Source: Vicinamibacteria bacterium (lineage in GTDB: Bacteria > Acidobacteriota > Vicinamibacteria > Vicinamibacterales > JAENWD01). From it: 64,000 nt of DNA. Every line of letters begins with the position of its first letter. The stretch's first letter is position 1. Location of the stretch: contig CAWDCH010000019.1 of assembly GCA_963800785.1 (NCBI GenBank), forward strand, positions 4,790 through 68,789, read 5' to 3'. Below the pieces are notes generated by a model. That model was not told the DNA's origin. It made no database searches and saw nothing but the letters and a program-made list of their open reading frames with translations. The position numbers and the translations under genes were made by a program. Positions 7,813-16,625 of the stretch are shown piece by piece.

Positions 7813-10251
7813 ATGACTGACGCGATTTCACAGTTTCGCAGCCGACTCAGCGCGCGCGGCATCATTGCCCCGGCCAATCTGCTCGCCGATGGCCGGCTGC
7901 ACCGCTGCGATGCCGAAGGGCAGGGCGGGAGGGGCGACGCAGCATACGTGCTGCACTTGGACGGTGTACCAGCCGGCGGCTTCGAGAACTGGAAAGACGG
8001 ACGCGGCTGGGAGAACTTCCGGGCTGACCTAGATCGGCCGTTGACGGCGGACGAACAGGCGGCGCACCGTGCCAGGCTCGAGACTGCCAAACGCGAGCGG
8101 AAGGCCGAGGATAGGGCAAGGAGAGCCGGCGCGCGCGCACGCGCACTCGAGTTGTGGGAAACGGGCCAACCCTGCACCACTCACCCGTACCTCAGGCGAA
8201 AGGGCGTCGAGGCGTACGGGGCGCGATTATCCGGCGACAGTCTGATGCTGGCTCTCCGGGATACAGCCGGCACGCTTCACTCGCTCCAGTTCATTGACGC
8301 TGACGGCGAGAAGCGTTTCTTGGCGGACGGCCAGAAACGCGGCTGCTATTTTCTTGTTGGGACGCCAGAAAAGGTGTTGTGCGTGGCGGAGGGACTTGCG
8401 ACAGCCGCCAGCATCCACGCGGCGACGCGCTTTGCCGTGGCGGTGGCGCTCGATGCCGGCAATCTGCTTCCGGTTACCGTGACCCTGCGGGCGAAATACC
8501 CAGATCTTCAGATTGTCGTGTGCGCGGACGACGATCGCAATACGGAGGGAAACCCTGGCAAAACCAAGGCGCTGGAGGCCGCAGGCGCTGCCCGTGCTCT
8601 TCTCGCGGTCCCGGATTTCGGTGACGACAGGCCCGACGACGCCACGGACTTCAATGACTTGCACTTGGCGCGCGGGCTGGAGACCGTTAAACAGTGTGTG
8701 AACGCGGCGCTAAGGACGGCAGATGGTGCCGACCCCGCCGACGCTATCGCACGCTGTGACTATGGCGGAGGATATTTCGAGTGTTCCAAGCGCGGGGTCT
8801 TCTTCGTGACGCCCGACAAAGACGGAAATCCGCTCCCTCAATGGATTTGTTCGCCCTTGGCGATTGTGGCGAAGACGCGGGACGCCAACAGCCGCGAATG
8901 GGGACGGCTGCTGCGCTGGACCGATGGGGATTCCAAACCCCACGAATGGGCGATGCCAATGGAAATGCTCCAGGGCGATGGCGCGGAGGTTCGATGTGAA
9001 CTCGCGCGACGCGGGCTAGAAATATCGCCAGCTCGGGCGGCGCGCGAACGATTGACGGCTTTTTTGAACGTCTGGCCCGTCGAGGCACGCGCACGGTGCG
9101 TGGATCGGCTCGGGTGGCACGGTGAGGTATATGTCACTCCGTTGGCCGCCTTCGGAGACGACACCGAAATCATCGTGTTTCAGAACGCACATGCGATCGA
9201 GCCGGCGTTCCACGTGCGCGGCACCCTCGATGAGTGGCGTGCGACGGTTGCGGCACTAGCCGTCGGTAACTCGCGGCTCGTGTTTGCGCTGTCCGTAGGG
9301 TTCGCGGGCGCCCTCCCAGCCCTAGTGAATGACGACTCCGGCGGGTTCCACTTTCGCGGCGCATCCTCGTCAGGAAAGACGACCGCGTTGAAGCTTGCGG
9401 CGTCCGTGTGGGGTGATCCGTCGGAATATCCGCGCCTGTGGCGAGCCACAGCGAACGGGCTTGAAGGGTTGGCGGCGCTGCACAACGATGGCCTTCTGAT
9501 TTTGGACGAACTCAGCCAAATCGATCCGAAGGAGGCCGGCGAGGCGGCGTATCTGCTCGCCAATGGGCAAGGAAAGGCACGCGCATCGCGCACTGGGACG
9601 GCGCGGCAGGCGGCGCGCTGGCGGCTGTTATTCCTGTCAGCGGGCGAAGAATCGCTAATCGCCCTGATGGCCCGGGTTGGGCGGCGCGTGAACGCAGGCC
9701 AAGAGATACGCCTGGCTGACCTCGACGTGGATGCCGGGGCCGGCATGGGTGCATTCGAGACGCTGCACGGAATCGACACACCAGCGGCATTCGCCTTGGC
9801 CGCGACGGATGCTGCTGCGCGCGCACACGGTTCGGCGGGTCCCGCGTGGCTTCGCAGCTTGGTTGCTGACCGGCGAGCGCTGCCGGCGTTGATCACAGAC
9901 GGTGTGCGACAGTTCCTCGCCGAATCGATGCCAGTCGGGGCGGAAGGACAGGCGGTGCGAGTGGGGCGACGGTTCGCGCTGGTCGCGGTGGCAGGCGAAC
10001 TCGCCACGCACTACGGATTGACGGGTTGGCGCGAGGGCGAGGCCAGCGAGGCCGCGCGGCGCTGCTTTGCGGCATGGCTGGAAAGTTTCGGTGGAGGCGG
10101 CAATCGTGACGAGCGGGCGATGCTGGCGCAGGTGAAAGCCTTCTTCGAGGCACACGGTTCCAGCCGGTTCGAGCCGATGGCGTCAACTGGCGAGCCGCGT
10201 ATTGTGAATCGCGCCGGCTTCTTTCGCACGGATGGCGATCATCGGGAGTAA
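7813..10251 (+). CDS. P4-type primase/helicase (Toprim + DUF927-like P-loop NTPase), 3' end frameshifted
   Basis: ATG 7813 follows GGAGGG. Toprim region: VLCVAEGLATAASIHAATRFAVAVALDAGNL...VVCADDD. Walker A: FHFRGASSSGKTT. Walker B-like: LLILDE. The C-terminal continuation is in the +1 frame (next feature). Confidence 0.85.
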   Translation: MTDAISQFRSRLSARGIIAPANLLADGRLHRCDAEGQGGRGDAAYVLHLDGVPAGGFENWKDGRGWENFRADLDRPLTADEQAAHRARLETAKRERKAEDRARRAGARARALELWETGQPCTTHPYLRRKGVEAYGARLSGDSLMLALRDTAGTLHSLQFIDADGEKRFLADGQKRGCYFLVGTPEKVLCVAEGLATAASIHAATRFAVAVALDAGNLLPVTVTLRAKYPDLQIVVCADDDRNTEGNPGKTKALEAAGAARALLAVPDFGDDRPDDATDFNDLHLARGLETVKQCVNAALRTADGADPADAIARCDYGGGYFECSKRGVFFVTPDKDGNPLPQWICSPLAIVAKTRDANSREWGRLLRWTDGDSKPHEWAMPMEMLQGDGAEVRCELARRGLEISPARAARERLTAFLNVWPVEARARCVDRLGWHGEVYVTPLAAFGDDTEIIVFQNAHAIEPAFHVRGTLDEWRATVAALAVGNSRLVFALSVGFAGALPALVNDDSGGFHFRGASSSGKTTALKLAASVWGDPSEYPRLWRATANGLEGLAALHNDGLLILDELSQIDPKEAGEAAYLLANGQGKARASRTGTARQAARWRLLFLSAGEESLIALMARVGRRVNAGQEIRLADLDVDAGAGMGAFETLHGIDTPAAFALAATDAAARAHGSAGPAWLRSLVADRRALPALITDGVRQFLAESMPVGAEGQAVRVGRRFALVAVAGELATHYGLTGWREGEASEAARRCFAAWLESFGGGGNRDERAMLAQVKAFFEAHGSSRFEPMASTGEPRIVNRAGFFRTDGDHRE

Positions 10252-10447
10252 CCTCGCCTTGCCCGAAATCTTTCAGCGCGAGATTTGCCAAGGTTATGAC
10301 CCTAAGCGTGTCACCAAGACGCTGCTTGCCGCCGGTTGGCTCGCGGCCGGCAAGGATGGCAAGGCAACGCAGAAGCCTCGCTTGCCTGGCATGGGCGGGT
10401 CGGCGCGCTGTTACGTCTTCACGACGCGCATGTGGGAGGGCGAATGA
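10232..10447 (+). pseudogene. C-terminal segment of the primase/helicase, displaced by a frameshift
   Basis: ...NLALPEIFQREICQGYDPKRVTKTLLAAGWLAAGKDGKATQKPRLPGMGGSARCYVF is, from memory, the usual C-terminal tail of DUF927-type proteins. It overlaps the stop of 7813..10251 in another frame. Confidence 0.6.
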
Positions 10448-10815
10448 AGCTGAAGTACTCACTGCTGTTGCGCACCGAAGGGGGACAAGGTGGGACGCGG
10501 GGGACACCAATAGCGACGGACTTGTTACCGTCCCCCGCGCTGCCGCACATTCGGGGGACAGAGGGGGACAACTGCTCGACAGCGTTGCAATGTCCCCCAG
10601 TGTCCCCCGCGTGCCCCACCGCAAATGGTAGCAACAACCATCGGTTTTGTTCGGTGTCCCACCTGTCCCCCGTTGTCCCCTCGCCAGAGGGGCTCATCGC
10701 AACGCAGCGGGAGTGGTTCGAGGAACGCGCCGCGATCATCGAATACGACGGCCGTCTGTCGCGGCTCGACGCTGAACTGCGGGCGGCATTTCTGCTCCGC
10801 CTGACGGGAAATTGA
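10444..10815 (+). CDS. hypothetical protein (only the C-terminal part looks protein-like)
   Basis: ATG 10444 overlaps the upstream stop (ATGA). The N-terminal two thirds is low-complexity translation of the iteron field. The C-terminus, REWFEERAAIIEYDGRLSRLDAELRAAF, is a motif I recall from primase-associated proteins. The true start is uncertain. Confidence 0.4.
   Translation: MKLKYSLLLRTEGGQGGTRGTPIATDLLPSPALPHIRGTEGDNCSTALQCPPVSPACPTANGSNNHRFCSVSHLSPVVPSPEGLIATQREWFEERAAIIEYDGRLSRLDAELRAAFLLRLTGN
10480..10681. repeat. iteron field (candidate replication origin): GGGGGACA / TGTCCCCC octamers
   Basis: Perfect GGGGGACA at 10480, 10499, 10553 and 10563. Perfect TGTCCCCC at 10591, 10601 and 10664. 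One-mismatch copies at 10490, 10529, 10655 and 10674. Several neighbours are spaced 9-10 bp apart, and forward copies precede reverse copies. Confidence 0.6.
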
Positions 10816-10817
10816 GG

Positions 10818-11465
10818 ATGGCCAAGCGAACGAAGCGGAAGCCAGAGCCCCACATACTGACGCTGAAGAGGCCCGAATCGCCGATCGAGGCGATGGCCGC
10901 CATGTGCGTGGAAGGCGTTGCGGCTAATGCCGCGACAACAGTCCGGGCGTCGGGATCTCTGCTGGGGGAGATCGACCTGACCGAATGCATGGTGGTGCTG
11001 TCCCGCGAGATTGCCAAGGCGACGGAATCGAACGACGCTCGCCTCCTTGAAGGAATCCTCATCGCGCAGAGCGTCACGCTGAATGCCCTGTTCAATCAGC
11101 TGATCCAGAAGGGCACCAATGCGACTTACTTCGATCATGCCGACGGGTACATGCGGCTGGCATTCAAGGCGCAGGCGCAGTGCCGCGCGACGATCGAGAC
11201 GTTCTTGGTGTCGAAGAATCCGCCGGTGTTCGCCCGACAGGCGAACATCGCGCAGGGTCCACAGCAGGTTAACAACACAGTGGCGCTAACGCGCGCGGTG
11301 ATTCCCGGAGACGCGCCGAACGGACTATTGGCGTATGACGAGGGGTTGCAGCCTGTAGCGACGGAGACGACAGGCGAGTCGCAATTCAACAATGGCGGCC
11401 GGCGACAGGGTCCGCGGGATCAAAAGCGTCGGAAGGTAAGGCGTGACGCCCGTTCATCCACATGA
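10818..11465 (+). CDS. conserved hypothetical protein of integrative elements
   Basis: ATG 10818 follows GAGG. The motif QAQCRATIETFLVSKNPPVFARQANIAQGPQQVNN recurs in genomic-island proteins I have seen, with unknown function. Confidence 0.55.
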   Translation: MAKRTKRKPEPHILTLKRPESPIEAMAAMCVEGVAANAATTVRASGSLLGEIDLTECMVVLSREIAKATESNDARLLEGILIAQSVTLNALFNQLIQKGTNATYFDHADGYMRLAFKAQAQCRATIETFLVSKNPPVFARQANIAQGPQQVNNTVALTRAVIPGDAPNGLLAYDEGLQPVATETTGESQFNNGGRRQGPRDQKRRKVRRDARSST

Positions 11466-11526
11466 TGTCGATCGCGCGCGGGCGTTTGCGAATCCGCGCC
11501 GAACGAACTATTGGAGGCGCATAGCG

Positions 11527-11754
11527 ATGGGCTGGAGTGCGGAGCGGCGGGCACGACAATCGCAGGCGATTCACATGTGGAAACCGTGGGAGCGGTCTAC
11601 CGGCCCCCGCTCCGCGGAAGGTAAGGCGAGGTGCGCGAGGAACTCCTATAAGGGCGGTCAGCGTCAACGCTTTCGTCAGTTCAGCAAGAGCCTCAATGCC
11701 GAGCTGCGAAGTGCGAGAGCGGTGAGGATGCCATGTTCGCGGGCGACACCTTAA
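11527..11754 (+). CDS. small basic protein (GWS-ERR-RQS...PWE.STGP family), paralogue of 15913..16200
   Basis: MGWSAERRARQSQAIHMWKPWERSTGPRSAEGKARCARNSYKGGQRQRFRQFSKSLNAELRSAR aligns residue-for-residue with the 15.9-kb copy. Confidence 0.55.
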   Translation: MGWSAERRARQSQAIHMWKPWERSTGPRSAEGKARCARNSYKGGQRQRFRQFSKSLNAELRSARAVRMPCSRATP

Positions 11755-12234
11755 CGCCGAATCACGAACGGCTCAATGCCCAGACGCTGGCACAGTACTC
11801 CGCGGATGATGTTGTCGGAGTCTAGAAACCCCTCCAAACCCTGCCTGTGATTTGTGACCCTCATCCATTCGAAGGATTTAAAGGCAACGCGAGGACCGTC
11901 GAGCAATTGGCGGGTGATGTCAACCGGGAAACCTGTGAGGACGATTACTTGGCCTTCTGGCGGTGACAACAGCGGCGGGCTCACCACGTAAAGACACCTT
12001 CGAGTGACTCCAGTAAATTAGGCGCAACCGCAAGAGCACCAAGTCCAAGGCTGGATCGGAACGGCGGGCTACTGTGATCAGGGCGATCAGCAACGGACGA
12101 CACGCAAGCGCTGATTTATCGCGTTTCGGATCGGGGTATCTCGGGTTCCCCAGGTCGATCTCAGTCGTCGCGATATTCAACCCAGTGGCTGCATCGCCGA
12201 AGGTTACTGATGGGTTAGTCTGTTCCCCACGCAA
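11751..12234 (-). pseudogene. hypothetical gene split by a frameshift
   Basis: ORFs 11920..12234 and 11751..11987 overlap in different frames and read on sensibly (...LIYWSHSKVS / VVSPPLLSPPEGQVIVLTGFPVDITRQLL...). Function unknown. Confidence 0.35.
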
Positions 12235-12321
12235 ATAATCCCCAGCTCGTCCGCACGCCTGAACAGTCCTCTGCTGGATTCTTCAGATCCAAAGTTCGCG
12301 TCGGCGTTACTCTGTACTCCT

Positions 12322-14142
12322 ATGCCGGGCAAACGCGAAAGCGATCGCTTGGATGCCGGTCCTCCTCCCGACCCCGGTAACTCTCGGTTCCGGCCTGTTG
12401 TGGGCGGATACCTCGTGTACGCGGAGGGCGGTCCAGAAGAATATTTCGTGCCGGAGGAGGCACTTGACGGCGTTAAAAATTTCATCGACGGCTTCGATGC
12501 TGTCCTGGGGGTGGTCCCCATTGTTGGGAACGCCAAGGATGTCATCGAGTGCATCACGGGCCGCCGCCTGCTCGATGGTCAAGAACTCTCAGCAACCGAA
12601 CGAACGTTGGCCCTCGTCGGCGCCCTTGCCGTCGTAGGCAACATCGTCAATGGCGTTCGCCTCCTGTCGGGGGGCGCGAAGGCGGTGGCCGCATATGAAG
12701 AAGCCGCAACCGACGCGCTGAAAGCGATCGACGAGGCGCGAAAGGCCAGTGACGGTGCGGCCCTACATGAGGCGACGCTGCGCTTTTTCGACGCGACTGA
12801 CGAACTTGCAGACGCGAAGGTGATACGCGCTGAGTACAACCGTCTGAACGAATCGCCCACTGGTCAATTCCTTGCAAACAAAGCCGGACCAATCGACAAG
12901 ATAGCAGACTGGTCGAACCTCGTCGCATTTATCGCAGTGGCCCAGTTTGGCATCAGGCCGGACGCGGAACTGGTGACTCAGGATCAGCCCGAAACCGAAT
13001 CGCCATCGACGTTCAACATGGAAGCTGACGCAAGGTCGAGAACATACGACGCCGAGGCCGACGCGAATGCCGGTACGTTCGACATGCGGCAAGACATCCG
13101 AGACGAAGAGTCTGGCCCAGGATTCGACGCTGACGGTGAGGTGGAGGACGTCGATGGTGATGGTGAACCGGACCGGTCGCTCGAGCCTGCCTCAGCGTTA
13201 AACGCCGCTGACCAGAGCGAATGGGGCGAGGGCTCCGGCGACGACTCAGATGCGCTGCCCGACGCGGCCATCTCTTGCAACGCGCCCGACGAAGGCGCGG
13301 TGGCGCTACCCGACGAAGACCTGTCGAGCGAGGACTCCGGCGACGACTCAGATGCGCTGCCCGACGCGGCCATCTCTTGCGACGCGCCCGACGAAGGCGC
13401 GGTGGCGCTGCCCGACGAAGACCTGTCGAGCGAGGACTCCGGCGACGACTCAGATGCGCTGCCCGACGCGGCCATCTCTTGCGACGCGCCCGACGAAGGC
13501 GCGGTGGCGCTGCCCGACGAAGACCTGTCGAGCGAGGACTCCGGCGACGACTCAGATGCGCTGCCCGACGCGGCCATCTCTTGCGACGCGCCCGACGAAG
13601 GCGCGGTGGCGCTGCCCGACGAAGACCTGTCGAGCGAGGACTCCGGCGACGACTCAGATGCGCTGCCCGACGCGGCCATCTCTTGCGACGCGCCCGACGA
13701 AGGTGCGGATGCGCTGCCCGATGAAGCCCTCTCGAGCGACAACTCCGGCGACGACTCAGATGCGCTGCCCGACGCGGCCCTGTCTTGCGACGCGCCCGAC
13801 GAAGGTGCGGATGCGCTGCCCGATGAAGCCCTCTCGAGCGACAACTCCGGCGACGACTCAGATGCGCTGCCCGATGCGGCCCTGTCTTGCGACGCGCCCG
13901 ACGAAGGTGCGGATGCGCTGCCCGATCCAGCCATCTCGGGCGACAACTCTGGCGACGACTCAGATGCCCTGCCCGACGCGGCCCTGTCTTGTGAGGCGCC
14001 GGACGGAGGCTCGGATATGCTCCCCGACGCAGGCGTGCAGCAGGCAGGGCCGACCGCTGAGGAGCTAGCGGCTGCGCTTGCCGAGGAGACACAACGAGAA
14101 GACGTTGACGTGCCTCAGGAAATCAGAGAGGTAAGCGGATGA
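12322..14142 (+). CDS. pre-toxin-TG (PT-TG) domain protein with long acidic 34-aa tandem repeats and no recognisable toxin domain
   Basis: The N-terminal VVPIVGNAKDVIECITGRRLLDGQELSATERTLALVGALAVVGN matches the PT-TG pattern (iP.vG..k..iE.iTG.d..tGe.Ls..eR). From about residue 305 there are 7.5 units of SGDDSDALPDAAISCDAPDEGAVALPDEDLSSED. Confidence 0.75.
   Translation: MPGKRESDRLDAGPPPDPGNSRFRPVVGGYLVYAEGGPEEYFVPEEALDGVKNFIDGFDAVLGVVPIVGNAKDVIECITGRRLLDGQELSATERTLALVGALAVVGNIVNGVRLLSGGAKAVAAYEEAATDALKAIDEARKASDGAALHEATLRFFDATDELADAKVIRAEYNRLNESPTGQFLANKAGPIDKIADWSNLVAFIAVAQFGIRPDAELVTQDQPETESPSTFNMEADARSRTYDAEADANAGTFDMRQDIRDEESGPGFDADGEVEDVDGDGEPDRSLEPASALNAADQSEWGEGSGDDSDALPDAAISCNAPDEGAVALPDEDLSSEDSGDDSDALPDAAISCDAPDEGAVALPDEDLSSEDSGDDSDALPDAAISCDAPDEGAVALPDEDLSSEDSGDDSDALPDAAISCDAPDEGAVALPDEDLSSEDSGDDSDALPDAAISCDAPDEGADALPDEALSSDNSGDDSDALPDAALSCDAPDEGADALPDEALSSDNSGDDSDALPDAALSCDAPDEGADALPDPAISGDNSGDDSDALPDAALSCEAPDGGSDMLPDAGVQQAGPTAEELAAALAEETQREDVDVPQEIREVSG
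13234..14030 (+). repeat. 102-bp in-frame tandem repeat, 7 full units plus a degenerate 8th
   Basis: Unit starts (TCCGGCGACGACTCAGATGCGCTGCCC...) at 13234, 13336, 13438, 13540, 13642, 13744, 13846 and 13948. Units 1-5 are near-identical. Units 6-8 form a variant subtype (ADALPDEALSSDN). Confidence 0.9.
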
Positions 14143-15509
14143 CATCAGAGGAGGCAGTACGCGAACGGCAGCGCGCAAAAGAACTTGCCTCTGCCGGGCA
14201 GTTGCCGGAAGCCGAAGCCATTTTGGCACGCGTGACCTCCGTGGCGGTATCCGATGAGCAAGCGTGGCATCTGCTGGGCTTGGTGCGGTATCGGCAGCGC
14301 TATTTCGAATCCGCTGCACGGGCATTTCGCCGGAGATTGGAGTTGGCTCCCCAGAATGCCGACGCGCATTACAGCCTAGCGATCACGTTGGTAAAGCTCG
14401 GCGTATCCGACGAAGCACTGCCACTGCTGCGCCAAGCGGTAAGACTCAAACCCAATTTTGCCGAGGCGCAGCAGGAACTGGCCAATCTGGAGACCACACG
14501 CGTGCAGGGCGGTCGCAGCTCAACAAGTACCGAGGTACACCCGCCGCTGCGAGCGGCCGAATCGGAAGGAGCCAGCATCCCTTCGCAAAGTCATGAGGCG
14601 CCGGGCGTGACGAAAGGTCTAATCAGGGGCATTGCACGTAACATTAAGACCACGTCCGTAGCACATCTACTCATTCGTGGAATGACGACAATAACCCTGT
14701 CCTTCCGCATACAGCGGACGGACGATCCAACACTTCCTCAAGTGCAGGTTCAACTAACGGGCGAGGCCATCGAGGGAGACTTGTCGGAGGGAGACGGAGT
14801 TGAAGTGCGCGGTACGGTTGGCGCGAGTGGGGTAGTGAAAGTCGCCCATGTTCGTAATCTGAACACCCAGGCACTAGTCAGCGCGCGACGGAGCGGCTTC
14901 GCACGGGCCACACGCGGGCTTGTTCCCCTTTATGCGCTACTTCTAGTTGCCGTTGCGTTCGGGGCGTTTAAGCTATGGAGCGGCAACAAGTCGACTGCAG
15001 TGCCGCCCGAAGAAATTCCCTCAGTCCGACCGGAATTGCAAGAGCCGGCTCCGAATCCGACGGAACGCGCGGCAGACCCCCGCCCGCCCACCGCCCGCGA
15101 CGAGGAGGCGACCCGGCCGCCCGGACCTATCGACCCGCCTCAAGTTCCGGGCGAAGAACCCAAGGAGCCAGCCGCCGCGAGGCCGCTACGTCCTGACGCA
15201 GGGGCACAGGCAAGTAGGGAGCCGCAGGCGGCCGCTCGCGTGGTGCCCGCCGGCATGCAATATGTCGTCCAGGTGGCGGCCGCTAGGCAGCGTCAGGAGG
15301 CCGATGACATCGAGCGTCAGCTTGACTCGAAGGGTTACGAGGCGTTCGTTGTTGACCCACGGCCAGGCGCCCCTGCCGTATTCAGAGTGCAGGTGGGGCC
15401 GTTCCTAACGAGGGGTGACGCCGAATTGAATAACGAAAAACTTCGCGATGACGGTTTCAAAGGGGGCTGGATTACGCACCTCGGTGGACAGGGGAAAACC
15501 GGCCATTAG
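14139..15509 (+). CDS. TPR-repeat / single-pass membrane / SPOR-domain protein
   Basis: ATG overlaps the upstream stop (ATGA at 14139-14142). Contains N-terminal TPRs (AWHLLGLVRYRQRYFESAARAFRRRLELAPQNADAHYSLAITL...), a TM helix (LVPLYALLLVAVAFGAFKLW) and a Pro-rich linker. The C-terminal SPOR-like module is YVVQVAAARQRQEADDIERQLDSKGYEAFVV...FRVQVGPFLTRGDAE. Confidence 0.75.
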   Translation: MTSEEAVRERQRAKELASAGQLPEAEAILARVTSVAVSDEQAWHLLGLVRYRQRYFESAARAFRRRLELAPQNADAHYSLAITLVKLGVSDEALPLLRQAVRLKPNFAEAQQELANLETTRVQGGRSSTSTEVHPPLRAAESEGASIPSQSHEAPGVTKGLIRGIARNIKTTSVAHLLIRGMTTITLSFRIQRTDDPTLPQVQVQLTGEAIEGDLSEGDGVEVRGTVGASGVVKVAHVRNLNTQALVSARRSGFARATRGLVPLYALLLVAVAFGAFKLWSGNKSTAVPPEEIPSVRPELQEPAPNPTERAADPRPPTARDEEATRPPGPIDPPQVPGEEPKEPAAARPLRPDAGAQASREPQAAARVVPAGMQYVVQVAAARQRQEADDIERQLDSKGYEAFVVDPRPGAPAVFRVQVGPFLTRGDAELNNEKLRDDGFKGGWITHLGGQGKTGH

Positions 15510-15778
15510 CCAACGTCGCAAACCGGCCATTTCGGCGGGCGAGCGAGACTGGTGAGCTCTACTGCGTCCTCGGTGCGCAAGTCGGTCTGTACTTTCGTTC
15601 GCCAGCTGCGTCGTCCGCATTGAGTACGTGCGCGTGATGAGGCAGCCGATCGAGCGCGCGGTGACGGAGGCGGTGTCGCCGAGCAGCTTGCCCAATCGTC
15701 CACCGGTCGGTTTGACGCAGCAGCGTGGAGCCGCGTTCGTACCGATCCGGGTGAACGGTCACAGGGCGCTGTGAGCCG

Positions 15779-15970
15779 TTAGCGACCCTTCCGGGCCGCT
15801 CTGGACGCTGCGGCAGCAACGCCGGCTTTCTTCGCTCGAGCCACGCGCTGCTTCGGCGTCATCCGCGCTGCCGCCGCCTTCCCGCCGGCGCTCCCTCCAA
15901 GCTTTCCACCGCGTGAGCCTTCCCGGCGGAAGAACTCAAGAACCTCTGCGGGTAGCTTGTGTTTTGCCAC
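15779..15970 (-). CDS. small basic Ala/Lys/Arg-rich protein, paralogue of 20531..20722
   Basis: MAKHKLPAEVLEFFRREGSRGGKLGGSAGGKAAAARMTPKQRVARAKKAGVAAAASRAARKGR is about 80% identical by eye to the 20.5-kb copy. Confidence 0.5.
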   Translation of the reverse strand: MAKHKLPAEVLEFFRREGSRGGKLGGSAGGKAAAARMTPKQRVARAKKAGVAAAASRAARKGR

Positions 15971-16200
15971 GCGACACGGGCTGGAGTCAGGAGCGCCGAC
16001 GACGACAGTCGGAGGCCATTCAGCGATGGCGACCGTGGGAGAAGTCCACGGGACTCCGAACCATTGACGGTAAAGCCCGATCTGCCCGGAATGCTGACCG
16101 CGGCGGTCAACGGCAGCAGTTCCGTCAATTCGTCAAAATCATCAACGCAGGACTACGAGCGGAGGGAGTAGCCGCGGGATCTCCTCGGTGCGTTCCTTGA
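15913..16200 (+). CDS. small basic protein (GWS-ERR family), paralogue of 11527..11754
   Basis: ...DTGWSQERRRRQSEAIQRWRPWEKSTGLRTIDGKARSARNADRGGQRQQFRQFVKIINAGLRAE. There is no ATG at the equivalent start. Possible starts are TTG 15964 or GTG 15913. Confidence 0.45.
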   Translation: MSLPGGRTQEPLRVACVLPRDTGWSQERRRRQSEAIQRWRPWEKSTGLRTIDGKARSARNADRGGQRQQFRQFVKIINAGLRAEGVAAGSPRCVP

Positions 16201-16625
16201 AGCGAGCCAGGCCCCAAGGCGGCATTGCAGGCTATTCCCGGCCGAAGCGGAAGGCGCGTTCAGGGAAACGCCCGCCGGGAAGCGGGCCGCTAAGATGGAA
16301 TCCTAAGCGCCGTTAGAGTGTCAAGCCGTGCGTTCTCTGGGTGTTTACAATGACACAGACGCCTTGCGCCGCGCTGGTGTCAAGTACGACCATGAGCGAT
16401 TCATCGTACGACACGAACCGTAGCCGCCCAGCGGCGCCAGTTCCGGTTGGCGCCCTACGCTTTGGTCGTTGGACGATTGTTCTCTTGTTGCTCGCTGTTC
16501 AGGGGGCCGGCGCGTCACAGTAGAACGCCCCCAAGCTCGGTGACCGAAGTCGATACTGGCGATGCAGCGGCGAACAGAAATGGAACTGCGAATTGCCTGG
16601 CGTGCCAACGAGAGGAACCGGGGCA

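Noticed and set aside
9180-10007. 275-aa minus-strand ORF, with neighbours 9655-10155 and 9893-10624
   Set aside because: They are antisense to the primase/helicase, with Arg/Ala/Pro-rich featureless translations.
13234-14030. Possible CRISPR array or other non-coding repeat array
   Set aside because: The units are contiguous with no spacers, the period is a multiple of 3, and the array is in frame within a long ORF.
12984-14092. Long ORFs on both strands over the repeat region (320, 359, 272 and 167 aa)
   Set aside because: All are by-products of the 102-bp tandem repeat keeping alternative frames open. Only the 12322-14142 frame has a structured N-terminal domain and a coupled downstream gene.
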